Shown piece after piece: positions 44,262 through 58,060 of a DNA stretch of 64,000 bases (positions within the stretch are counted from its first letter, which is position 1; the number at the start of each line of letters is the position of its first letter). The position numbers and the translations under genes are program-made. Location: NCBI RefSeq assembly GCF_009914755.1, contig NC_060943.1; one strand, written 5' to 3'. The notes under the pieces are model-generated. The model saw only the letters and a program-made list of their open reading frames with translations, made no database searches and was not told the DNA's origin. The DNA comes from the human T2T-CHM13v2.0 reference genome, Homo sapiens.

Positions 44262-47097
44262 GGAGATCTAAAAAACACAATCAGAAATGACAAAGGGGAC
44301 ATTACCACCAACCCCACAGAAATACGAAAAACCCTCAAAGATTACTATAAACACCTGTATGCACACAAACTAGAAAACCTAGAAAAAATTAATAAATTCC
44401 TTGAAAGATATAACCCCCCAAGATTGAACCAAGAAGAAATTGCATCCCTGAACAGACCAATAATGAGTTCCAAAATTTAATCACTAATTAAAAATCTATC
44501 AAACAAAACTCTGGACCAGACAGATTTATAGTTGAAGCCTACGAGATGTATAAAGAAAAGCTGTTACCAATCTTACTGAAACTGTTCAAAAACATGGATG
44601 CAGAGGGACTCCTCCCTATCTGATTCTATGAGGCCAGCATCATTCTAATACCAAAACCTGACAGGCACAATGAAAAAAGAAAACTTCAGGCTGGTACTCC
44701 TGACGAATATAGGTGCCAAAATCCTCAGCAAAATACTAGTAAACCAAATCCATCTGCACATCAAAAAGCTAATCCAACATTATCAAGCAGGCTTTAGTGT
44801 TGGGCTGCAAGGTTGGTTCAGTATACACAAATCAATAAATGTGATTTATCACATACACAGAACTAAAAACAAAAACCACATGACCATGATCATCTCTTTA
44901 GATGCAGAAAGGTTTTTAATAAAATTCAACATCCCTTCATTTTAAAAACCCTCAACAAATTACACATTGAGGGAACATACTTCAATAAGAACCATCTATG
45001 CTGGACTCACAGCCAAATTAATACTGAACAAGCAAAAGCTGGAAGCATTCCCCTTGAGAACTGGAAAATGACAGGGATGACCACTCTCACCACTCCGATT
45101 CAACATAGTACTGGAAGTCCTAAGCTTAGTGATCAGGCAAGATAAAGATATGAAAGGCATATATAAATAGGAAGAGGGGAAGTCAGTTTCTCTTGCAGAA
45201 GATATAATTCTGTATTTAGAAAACCTGTTGTCTCTGCCCAAAGGCTCCTAGATCTGATAAACAACTTCAAAAAAGTTTCAGGATACAAAATCTGTGTACA
45301 AAAATTAGTTGCATTTCTATACACCAGTAATGTCCAAGCTATGAACCAAATCAAGAATGGAATCCCATTCACAGTAGCCACAAAAAGTATAAAATACCTA
45401 GGAATACAGCCAACCAGGTAAGTGAAAGATTTCTACAATGAGAATTACAAAGCAGTGCACAAAGAAATCAGAAACAATAAAAATTGAAAAATATCTCATG
45501 CTCATGGATAGGAAGAATCAGTATTGTTAAAATACTGCCCAAAGCAATTTACAGAGCCAATGCTATTTCTATCAAACTACCAATGGCATTTTTCACAGAA
45601 TCAGAAGAAAACATTCTGAAATTTATTTGGAACCAGAAAAGCCCAACCTAAATAGCAAAAGCAATCCTAAGCAAAAAGAGCAATGTTTGAGGTATCACAC
45701 TACCCAACTTTAAACCATACTACAAGGCTACAGCAACTAAAACAGCATGGTACTGGTATAAAAAAAGACACATAGATCAATGGAATAGGTAAGAGAACCC
45801 AGAAATAAAGGCATATACCTACAACCATGTGATCCTCAACAAAACTGACAAGCAATGAAGTAAGAACTTCATTCAATAAGTGGTGCTGGCATAACTGGCT
45901 AGCCATATGCAGGATATTGAAACTGGACCCCTATCCTTCACGATATACAAAAATCAACTCAAGATGGATTAAAGACTTAAATATAAAACCTAAAAGTATT
46001 AAATTCCTAGAAGAAAACCCAGGAAATGCCATTCTGGACATAAGTGCTGGAAAAGACTTAATGATGAACACCCCAAAGCAATTGCAACAAAAACAAAAAT
46101 TGACAAGTGGGACCTAATTAAACTAAATAACTTCTGCACAGCAAAAGAAGCTATTTGCAGACTACAGAATGGGAGAAAATGTTTACAAACTGCATCTGAC
46201 AAAGATCTAATCCAGAATCTATAAAGAACTCAAACAAATCAACAATGAGAAAAACAACCCCATTAAAAACTGGGCAAAGGCCATGAATAGACCTTTCTCA
46301 AAAGAATACATACATGTGGCAATAAGCATATGAAAAAAATGGTTAATATCGCTAATCATTAAGGAAATGCAATCAAAGCCACAATGAGATACCATCTCAG
46401 ACCTGTCTGAATGGGTATTATCAGAATGGGTATTATTAAAAAATCAAAACATAGATGCTAGTGAGGCTGCAGAGAAAAGCAAATACTTATACACTGCTGG
46501 TGGGAATGTAAATTAATTCAGCCATTGTGGAAAGCACTGCAGCGATTTCTCAAAGACATAAAAGCACATAGCATTCAACCCAGCATCCCATTACTGGGTG
46601 TATACCTAAAGGAATATAATCATTCCACCATAAAGACAAACACTTGTATGTTCATTGCAGCACTATTCTCAATAGCAAAGATGTGGAATCAACGTAAATG
46701 CCCATCAGCAGTAGACCAGATAAAGAAAATTTGGTACATATACACCATGGAATACTATGCAGCCATAAAAAAGAACAAGACTGTGTCCTTTACAGCAACA
46801 TAGATGGAGCTGAGGCTCTTATCCTAAGTGAATTAATGCAGGAACAGAAAATGAAATATCCCATGTTCTCACTTATAAGTGGGAGCTAAACATTGATTAC
46901 ACATGGACTCAAAGAAGGGAACAGTAGACACGGGCTTATGGGTGGAGGTTGGGAAGAGGATGAAGATTGAATAACTGCCTGTTGGGTACTATGCTGATTA
47001 CCTGGGGACAAAATTAACTGTACACCAAACTCCTGCAACATGCAGTTGACCCATGTACACATACTCCTTGAACCTAAAATAAAACATGAAAAAAAGC
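44262..47097 (+). mobile_element. 5'-truncated LINE-1 (about 2.8 kb, older L1PA/L1PB type) inserted in sense inside a relic zinc finger
   Basis: ORF2 fragments [42 protein letters not shown] and WYIYTMEYYAAIKKN. 20-bp TSD AAATTTCACACCTTG(C/T)AAAA at 44242-44261 and 47098-47117. Confidence 0.93.
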
Positions 47098-48209
<1,112 letters not shown>

Positions 48210-48693
48210 CTATTGAACATGAGAGCACTGAGCATTTACAGAAGAAATAACTCAGTCTCTAGTACTTCCGTATTAATATATGACATAGCATGTTGCAGAA
48301 AAATTACAAGCCAAAAGATACCAAGCCTCATGATGCAAGGGTATGTGGAAATTGCGATTTTTATTCAGGTTATTAAAATATTTAATTCCTTGGGAGTTTT
48401 GGAAAGGCTACTTTACTCTTTATGACTTTCAGCCTAAACTTAAAACTCTCATTATGTGCTTTTCCTACAGGCCTTTCACTGTGGTCTCTGGGAAAGAATC
48501 AACAGCATGACAGGGCTGATTTTATTAGCTGGGGAGCATTTCTATCCAGTTTCCTGGAAGAAGGACATTGCCTTTTCAGGTTAAATATTGTTTGATTTAG
48601 ACAGCATGGAGGTGAGCAGAGAATAACAAAACTATGTATCAGTCATCCTACTTACTGTGTTCAGCAAACCTTTTTCCTGACAGGCACAGTGCT

Positions 48694-49707
<1,014 letters not shown>

Positions 49708-51083
49708 TTATTTTCACTGATGTCCTTTGCCATTTTAAAGTGATGGAGGTCTTTGTACCATAATACGTTAGGCTAAGTAATGGGTTTCTGAAACATGTTA
49801 AGAGACAAAATACTGTAAGACTGAAGTTAAATTATTACTGATTACATATCATATAATGGATTAATAATGAAGGCATATTTAATTTAGGAATAATGTAATT
49901 ATTGAAATTGACTGGGCTGGGGGCAGTGGCTCACACCTGTAATCCCAGTACTTTGGGAGGCCGAGGCAGGCAGATTATGAGGTCAGGAGTTCAAGACCAG
50001 CCTGACCAACATGGTGAAACCCCATCTCTACTAAAAATACAAAAAAATTAGCTAGGTGTGTTGGTGCGTGCCTGTAATCCCAGCTACTCAGGAGGCTGAG
50101 GCAAGAGAATCACTTGAACCCAGGAGACAGAGGTTGCAGTGAGTCAAGATCACGCCACTGCACTCCAGCCTCAGTGACAGAGTGAGACTCCATCTCAAAA
50201 AAAAAAAAAAAATGAGGAAAAGACAAACACTAAAAGTGGCATCTAGATTTTTTTTTTTAAGATGGGGTCTTTCTCTGTGGTCCAGGCTGGAGTACAGTGG
50301 CGTGAACACAATCCATTGTTGCTTCAGCCTCCCAGACTCCCAAGTAGCCGGGACCACAGCCGTGCACCACCATACCTGGCTAATATTTATTTATTTAGTA
50401 GAGACAGAGTGTTGCTATGTTGCCAGGCTGGTTTAGAACTCCTGGGCTCAAGGGAGCCTCCGACCTTGGTCTCCCAAAATGCTGGGATTGCAGGCATGAG
50501 CCACCATCCACCAGATTTTTTTTTCTTTTCTTTTTAACAGAGAACTATCACAAGATACATCTGAACCTGCAAACTGCCAATTCCCAGATTTTTTTCATCT
50601 GAAACTCATCATAATGCTAACTTTTCTACAAACAGATATTGCCTAAGGCCAAGAGGGATAATAGTTTCACTATAATCAGCAGACCTCAGATATTTTCTGT
50701 GGATAGTACTGTATCCATGAAGCATATAATATGCCCACCTTTCAGAAAAAAAGTAAGTTATTTATATTGCAGCCATTGCCTCTCAGACATTCAGTTTTTT
50801 GATATAATTGTCACATAGTTATATTTATTCATCATGACATGAAAAGAGGCTCTATACTGACACCTCTATTATCCTGAAAATCATGTTTGTAATTTTTGTA
50901 GGCTGGATAAACTTCACAACTACAATTGCAGTGTGATTTAAATATCAGATAATAGTATAGAATAAAACATCAACCATCACCACAAGTGTGGATTACATTA
51001 AATTACTGTCAGAGGTATTAGGGATTTGTATAGACGGGAGGACCAAGTGCTCCAGATTATTTCAACAACTCATTGGGATGTAG

Positions 51084-51378
<295 letters not shown>

Positions 51379-52662
51379 TGAGCCGTCACACCCAGCTGGA
51401 CCCGTTTTTATGAAGAATTTTCTGACATAAGCACTTCTCCAGATTCCTGAAGGCCTCCTTACCTTCACAGATGCGCCTCTCAGAACAAAATAGAAAATAC
51501 TCACCAGACTCTTTTCTGCTCCCAGGATGGTGGGCTCAGTGTGAAGGTTATAACAGCCAGTATATCTGTGAGAGGGAGACAGCCAGGCCCTGAGATAAAG
51601 GTTTGTGATTCTGCGACCTCACCTCCCCGAAGAACCACAGTTATTAGTTTACCTTTAGCAAAATTGCAGTGCATGCTAGGAAAGTCAAAAATATTTTTTC
51701 TAATAATTTGTTTCCATTCTCAATTACCAGAAACAATTACAGTGTCTAGTGAGCATCTCCAAAGAGACTAATGCAGTATTTAGAAGAGGCTTTTTTATTT
51801 CCATGGACCCTGGAAGCAGACAGGGGCTCAGGTGGAGAGTGCAGGACACGCTGAGGTCTGAGCCATGAGGGACTCTCAGCAAATTGTACACCTCACGCGA
51901 CCTTCTGCTTCCTTGAGTTCTGCTCAAAATCTAACTTTTTCCTGACTCTGAGAACCATATGCTTCCAGACCCCTTCTAGATTATGGGAAGGCAAATGGGA
52001 TACCATGAAGAGACCAAGAAGGATCTATTAATGCACTAAGAGTGAAATGAAGAATGTGATGTCAATAATTGATAGTCTGAAACATTAAATGGCACTTTCT
52101 GATATACATGAATGATTAAATAAATAATTGGGAGATAAGAGACCCAACTCCTATGCAGAAAAATTCCAAATAACTCTTGTAGACACTCCACCTCCAAGGA
52201 GGTGGAATACACATAACTCCCAACTCCACAAATGCAGGCTGCACAGTGCTGCTTCCTTTTAAACAATACAATATGGCAGGGAGAGAATGTGAGGATTTTT
52301 ATAGCTGAGAAACCTGACAGACACAGCCTCAGACAGGTGATCAAGGTTGACATCCAAAGGGGATTAAGTAATGTTAATAGTATACACCTTTGATAGGATG
52401 TGATAAAAATGGCACTTCTCATTGGTTTTTCTCCCCAGTATACTTAACCTTTGTCTAATCATGGAAAACATCAGACAAATCCCAATAGAGTGGCAGTCCC
52501 CAATAACACATTGACAGCCCTGCTACCTAACCAGTACTCCTCAAAGCTGACCAGGTTATAAAAAACAAGAGTCTGAGAATCTGTTAGAGCCAAGGGGAGC
52601 CTAAAGACACATAATGGTTAAATCTAATGTGGTGGCCTGGACAGGATCCTGGCAGAGAAAAG

Positions 52663-53081
52663 GTCAGGGAGCCGAAGGCCTGTGGGACGTGACCAACTCA
52701 GCATTCCTCTGGAGGCTATATGATCAAACAGCAAACTGTTTATCAAGAATGCAGGATATGGGCAAACTCACACTTCCCTGCCACCAAAAGGTTTGCTGAG
52801 GGACATGTCTCCCTTGCACCGGGCTCCTTGAAGTTATCTAATGAGAAATCTAGCACCTATTATTCAAAGGATGCAGTCTTGCAAGCCTGCTGTGAACCAA
52901 ACGGCTGACTGACAATTACCTGACAATCACCCTGCCTTTCTCGCTCTCTCTTTTGCCTAATAAATATGGAGGGCTGTGTAAAGCTCAGAGCCCTTGTCCA
53001 CTAGAGGCAAATATACTCTCTTGTCTTTTATTTCCACATTTGCCCCCTTTGTTCAATCCCCCTAGGTCCATGTGGGTTACA
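52663..53081 (+). mobile_element. LTR3 (HML-6 5' LTR)
   Basis: GGGAGCCGAAGGCC.GTGGGACGTGACCAACTCAGCATTCC...GGAGGCTATATGATCAAACAGCAAACTG; ends GGGTTACA just before the PBS. Confidence 0.85.
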
Positions 53082-53083
53082 AG

Positions 53084-53101
53084 TGGCGCCTGAACAGGGA
53101 C
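53084..53101 (+). promoter_or_regulatory. Primer-binding site, tRNA-Lys3(UUU)-like
   Basis: TGGCGCCTGAACAGGGAC versus canonical TGGCGCCCGAACAGGGAC. Confidence 0.9.
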
Positions 53102-55486
53102 AGAATTGGGTGCTTTATAAGTGGCATCACGAAGTGGCACCCTGAACAGCGACAGTGGCATCCAAACTCGGGACTATGAGGACATAAACGAAGAAGGTCT
53201 GCTGGAGCAGAGGAACTGAAATTGACAAGGTGAACAAGGACCCCGGGACGAGTCTGCCAGCAGCGGATATAAGGTCAGTGCCCTAAAGAGGTACTGGGAG
53301 CAGTGCTTTAAAGAAGTACTGGGAATGGGAAGTTTTCTGAATCAGGGTAACAAGGGGAATAATTTGTCTATTGAAGAAACATTATTTGCAGTTGTAAAGT
53401 TCTGTTGAGACAGTCTGCAGCTCAGGTTAATTTGCAGACACTAACTAACCTCCTGCAGAAGCCCCAAAAAGCTATTATGCGTAACCCATGGTTTCCACAG
53501 GCAGGCACTCTTGATGTGGAAAACTGGGATAGAGCAGGAGATGGATTGAAACAGGCTCATCAAAAAGGTTTTAAAGTTGATTCTTCAGTTTTTTCCACTT
53601 GGAGTTCAGTTTGTACTGTATTTCTGCCATTATCATCTTCTTATTCTGTGGGACAGCAAGCTGAATCTAAAAATCTGAAAGAATATGTTGCTCTACCCAC
53701 AGCTCCAATTGAAAATAAAAAACAGGAGAAGGAGGATAAAAATTGGGCTATACAGCCTCCTCCAATTGCAGAAACATTTGTACCACCTCTTTCGGTGGCA
53801 GAAATAAGAGACCCTAATACAAAGAATTTTATGCTCTGCTGTCATAGCTGGAGAGCCCTTAGGACCTTGCACTTTTCCTATTTCCGTAAGACCTGATCCA
53901 TATAATCCACAGCAGTTTATTCATGAACACACCCCACTAGAATTTAAGTTGTTGAAGGAATTAAAAACTAGTGTGGTCAATAACGGAGTACAAAGCCCAT
54001 GGTTCCTGGAGGAAGGAATGCTAGACGTAGAACTCTGAGAACAAGTGAGGAGAAATCTTAACATCAGGCGCAAAGGCATCAGGTCCAATAAAATCTTTAA
54101 TGTTACGGGCTTTAATTAGATCAGCCTTTGCTCAGTTACACACAGAAGAGCCTAAAAAGAGGAAGGAGGAGAAAACATCACTTGCCTTATCACCTCCTCT
54201 TCCCTCAGCCCCAGTATCATCAGGCCAAAATAACAAAGAGGAAATGGAAGTCTTACCTAAGCCTCCTCTTCCAATAGATAGGACAAAGGACAGAGGATAC
54301 ACTACAGCTATCAGTCCCTGTGTTAAGCAGGCAACATTAGAAGGAGAGCTCTTAACCTGCTCAGTAATGCAAAATCGGCAAGGCAATCAGGTGTATGTTT
54401 ATAAAAAGATAAGAAAAAACGCATTAGAAGCCGAAACTGCGCAGCCAAGCAGGCAGTAGGTGGAAGAAAAGGCTCAGCAGCAGAAAAGCTCCCGGTAACC
54501 AAGCCGACAAGGCCTGCCCAGGCTGGCAACATCCCCCTGGCAAAGGAGGGAGGGACCGGCGCAGACACAGGCAAAGCCTAAGAAAGTACAACATGGCTGC
54601 CTCCCAGGACCTGCACCGCTGCCCTCTGGCTCTGTGGGCAGCCCGTAGCAAAATTTCATGTGTTACGTCCCAGGCTATGATTCTCTGCTAAGATTTAAGT
54701 AAAATGTAAGAATTTGAAAAACCTGCTTTCTAATAATGGTCACTGTTGTTACCTCTCTTCTATCCCTGACGTAGCTTTCCAAATTCAATTTAAGTAAAAT
54801 AGTAACCTCTGAAGGGAGAGAGATTACAGAGGGCCCATGAATTAGTTAAAGAGTAATTAAAAGCTAGGCATGTAAAACCACACATTACTCTTTAAAGGAG
54901 AACTTTAAACCTAATTAAATGGTATTTGTTAAATTAAAAGGTAAAAATGCTGTGCCCTTCTCAGAAAGTGAAGAAAAGTTGTATGTAAGTGTAGTGAAAA
55001 ACTTATGCATGAATGACTGTCTTAACCCACTGATTACAGATAGTCTTTGATTTGTGCTTGCTAAAAGAGTCCTAAATTGAGTTCTCCAGCTATGGAGTCA
55101 CTGTTTTCAAGACTGTTTGCCAGATTAAACTCCATAAACTTGGTCACATCCCACGGGCCTTCAGCTCCCTGCAGAAAAGAACATGAGTTAAAACCAAAGA
55201 AATCAGAATAAATTATGAATAAGTTGATGGTAGTATATCAACAATGGTTTATAAACTGTAAAACCCATACAAAACTAGTATAAGATGTTAATAATAGGGA
55301 AAACGGGTCAGGGTATATGGAACTTGTCTACCTTTTTTGAATTTTTTAAATATAAATCTATAAATCTTCTAAAATAAAGTGTATTAGTTTTTTAAATAAC
55401 TAATTTAGGCCGGGCTTGGTGGCTCACGCCTGTAATCCCAGCACTTTGGGAGGCCAAGGCAGGTGGATCACGAGGTCAGAAGTTCA

Positions 55487-56342
<856 letters not shown>

Positions 56343-56759
56343 CTAACACGGTGAAACCCCATCTCTACTAAAAATACAAAAAATTAGGCGGGCGTGGTGG
56401 TGGGTGCCTGTGGTCCCAGGTACTCAGGAGGCTGAGGCAGGAGAATGGCGTGAACCCAGGAGGCGGAGCTTGCAGTGAGCCTGGGTGACAGAGCGAGACT
56501 CCGTCTCAAGAAAAAAAAGCAGTTGGTGGTGGCCTAACATCCCTCCGGGGACAGGACCCATCGCCGAACGATGGGTATGGTGGCATGTGCCTGTAGCGTT
56601 TTTAACACACAGGGAAGCGACCGCCAGACTCTCACGGAGATGCCCCGTTCGTTCTGCCTTGGGCCAGGTAAATACGGATTCCCAGGTTGGCCTTAACCCT
56701 CCAACGCGCTTGGCGTTGTCCCTCGGAAACTCTCTAGAGATGAGCACTCTAGAGATGAC

Positions 56760-56907
56760 TCAGTGGACTGGGAAAGGCAGACCCACCTCAATTTGGGTGG
56801 GCACAATCTAATCAGCTGCCAGCACAGTCAGAATAAAAGCAGGCAGAAGAACGTGAAAACACTAGACGGGCTTAACCTCCCAGCCTACATCTTTCTCCCG
56901 TGCTGGA
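56760..56907 (+). mobile_element. MLT2A-like (HERV-L LTR) internal fragment
   Basis: CAGTGGACTGGGAAAGGCAGACCCACC..GGGTGGGCAC.ATCTAATCAGCTGCCAGC..GAATAAAAGCAGGCAGAAGAAC..CATCTTTCTCCCGTGCTGGA. Confidence 0.75.
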
Positions 56908-57299
56908 GATCAGAGATGATGATGGAAAGGGAGAAGATTTCTATTATGTTCTGTGGGCCGTCAGCATGAAATTGCACATGCTACCCAGGCAGGGCTTTGC
57001 ATTTCACATTTTAACTTGCATCGCCTTCACACAGAATTCCAGGCCTTTTAAATTAAATTGTTAAAATTAGTTTTTATTTACTTATTTATTTTAGGACAGA
57101 GTCTACACTGAGTATAGCACTGGGTCTACACTACGCCCAGGCTGGAGTGCAGTGGCCATGATAGCTCAGTGTACACTCGAACTCCTGGGCTGAAGCGATC
57201 CTCCAGCCTCAGCCTCTCTAGTCGCTGGGACTACAGGTGCCTGCCACCACGGCCGGCTTAAAATTGATTTTAATAGCAGGAAATTTCCTGGATCTAATC

Positions 57300-58060
57300 C
57301 TCAACTGACGTTGCTTTGCTCCGGCAGGATCCCAGTTTGCAGAGGGCTGAGCTGCTCCAGCCTCACTGCCAGCAAAACCCGGAAAACAGAGGCACTGGAG
57401 GCGTGGCCTAGGGAAGCCCCGCCCCGTGCCGTCCCGGTCCGCTCTCTATGCTGCGCGCGCGCAGTTTTTTGCAGACCCGGAAGCGGATCGCGTGGGTAGA
57501 AGGTCACACCGCAGCGCGTCAGTTTCCCTTTGTTTAGATTCAGTCTGGGCTTCCCAGCTCCCCCGCGCTTCTGTACCCGGGATCTGAGAGTCAACACAGA
57601 CCTTGAAATCCCCGCACCGCTCCCTCCACCCCGTGTAAATTCAGGCGTCTCCGTGAGAGTCCGGCGCTCGCTTCCCTGTGTGTTAAAATCGCTCGGCGAC
57701 GGGTCCTGTCCCCGCTCGTTCTGCCTTGGGCCAGGTAAACACGGATTTTCGAGACTCCTTTCCGCTTAAAACTCTTTACTGACCCAATGTCCTGCCCCGC
57801 GCTTTTAAAAGTCCTTACCGCAAGGTGGATTCCCGCCCGGGGAGCCTCCCAACCTCGCCCCCGGCCCCTGAAGCGCAGCGCCGCAGCCCCAGTCCCGGCG
57901 GGGGAGGCCGCGTCCTGTGCTGGGTCCTGGGACCCTTGAGACCCCACACTTCTAATAATTCAGCCCCACCCTTTTCCTCCTTGATCCGGGCCTTCCTACT
58001 CCCCAGGCCTCCCCTTCGCAGCCATCGCTACTCCCGACCCCCGGGTGTGGGGACGTGACT
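57300..58060 (+). promoter_or_regulatory. ZNF610: CpG-island promoter and non-coding exon 1 (approx. 57470-57734) of the next KRAB-ZNF gene
   Basis: Paralog of the ZNF480 promoter (CTGCGCGCGCGCAG, ACCCGGAAGCGGATCGCGTGG) with donor CAG|GTAAAC at 57735. The name comes from recalled gene order only; no coding exon lies in the window. Confidence 0.7.

Larger units (their letters stand above)
52663..55173 (+). mobile_element. Deleted and rearranged HERV-K(HML-6)/HERVK3 element: LTR3, PBS, gag pieces, pol and probable env slivers, inverted U3 end
   Basis: LTR3-type sequence, Lys3 PBS, gag ORFs 53405..53896 and 54100..54459. TSD GAAAAG at 52657-52662 and 55174-55179. Confidence 0.85.
52000..55385 (+). 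mobile_element. L1M (L1MC/MD-like) 3' end, split by the HML-6 insertion (approx. 52000-52662 and 55174-55385)
   Basis: GGATCCTGGCAGAGAAAAG continues after the insertion as GAAAAGAACATGAG...TAAGATGTTAATAATAGGG...GGGTATATGGAAC...AAATAAAGT. Confidence 0.65.

Noticed and set aside
44220-44480. In-frame fusion ORF of a relic finger to L1 ORF2
   Set aside because: It lies downstream of the ZNF480 stop and frameshifts, has a non-ATG start, and is short, so it is probably coincidental.
51450-51660. Minus-strand splice-donor-like motifs (CTTACC, ACTCACC) suggesting an antisense lncRNA
   Set aside because: Motifs this short occur by chance, and no exon structure can be supported from sequence alone.
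52663-55173. DNA transposon interpretation of the TIR-flanked element
   Set aside because: There is no transposase, the content is retroviral, and the TIR is the LTR3 U3 end.
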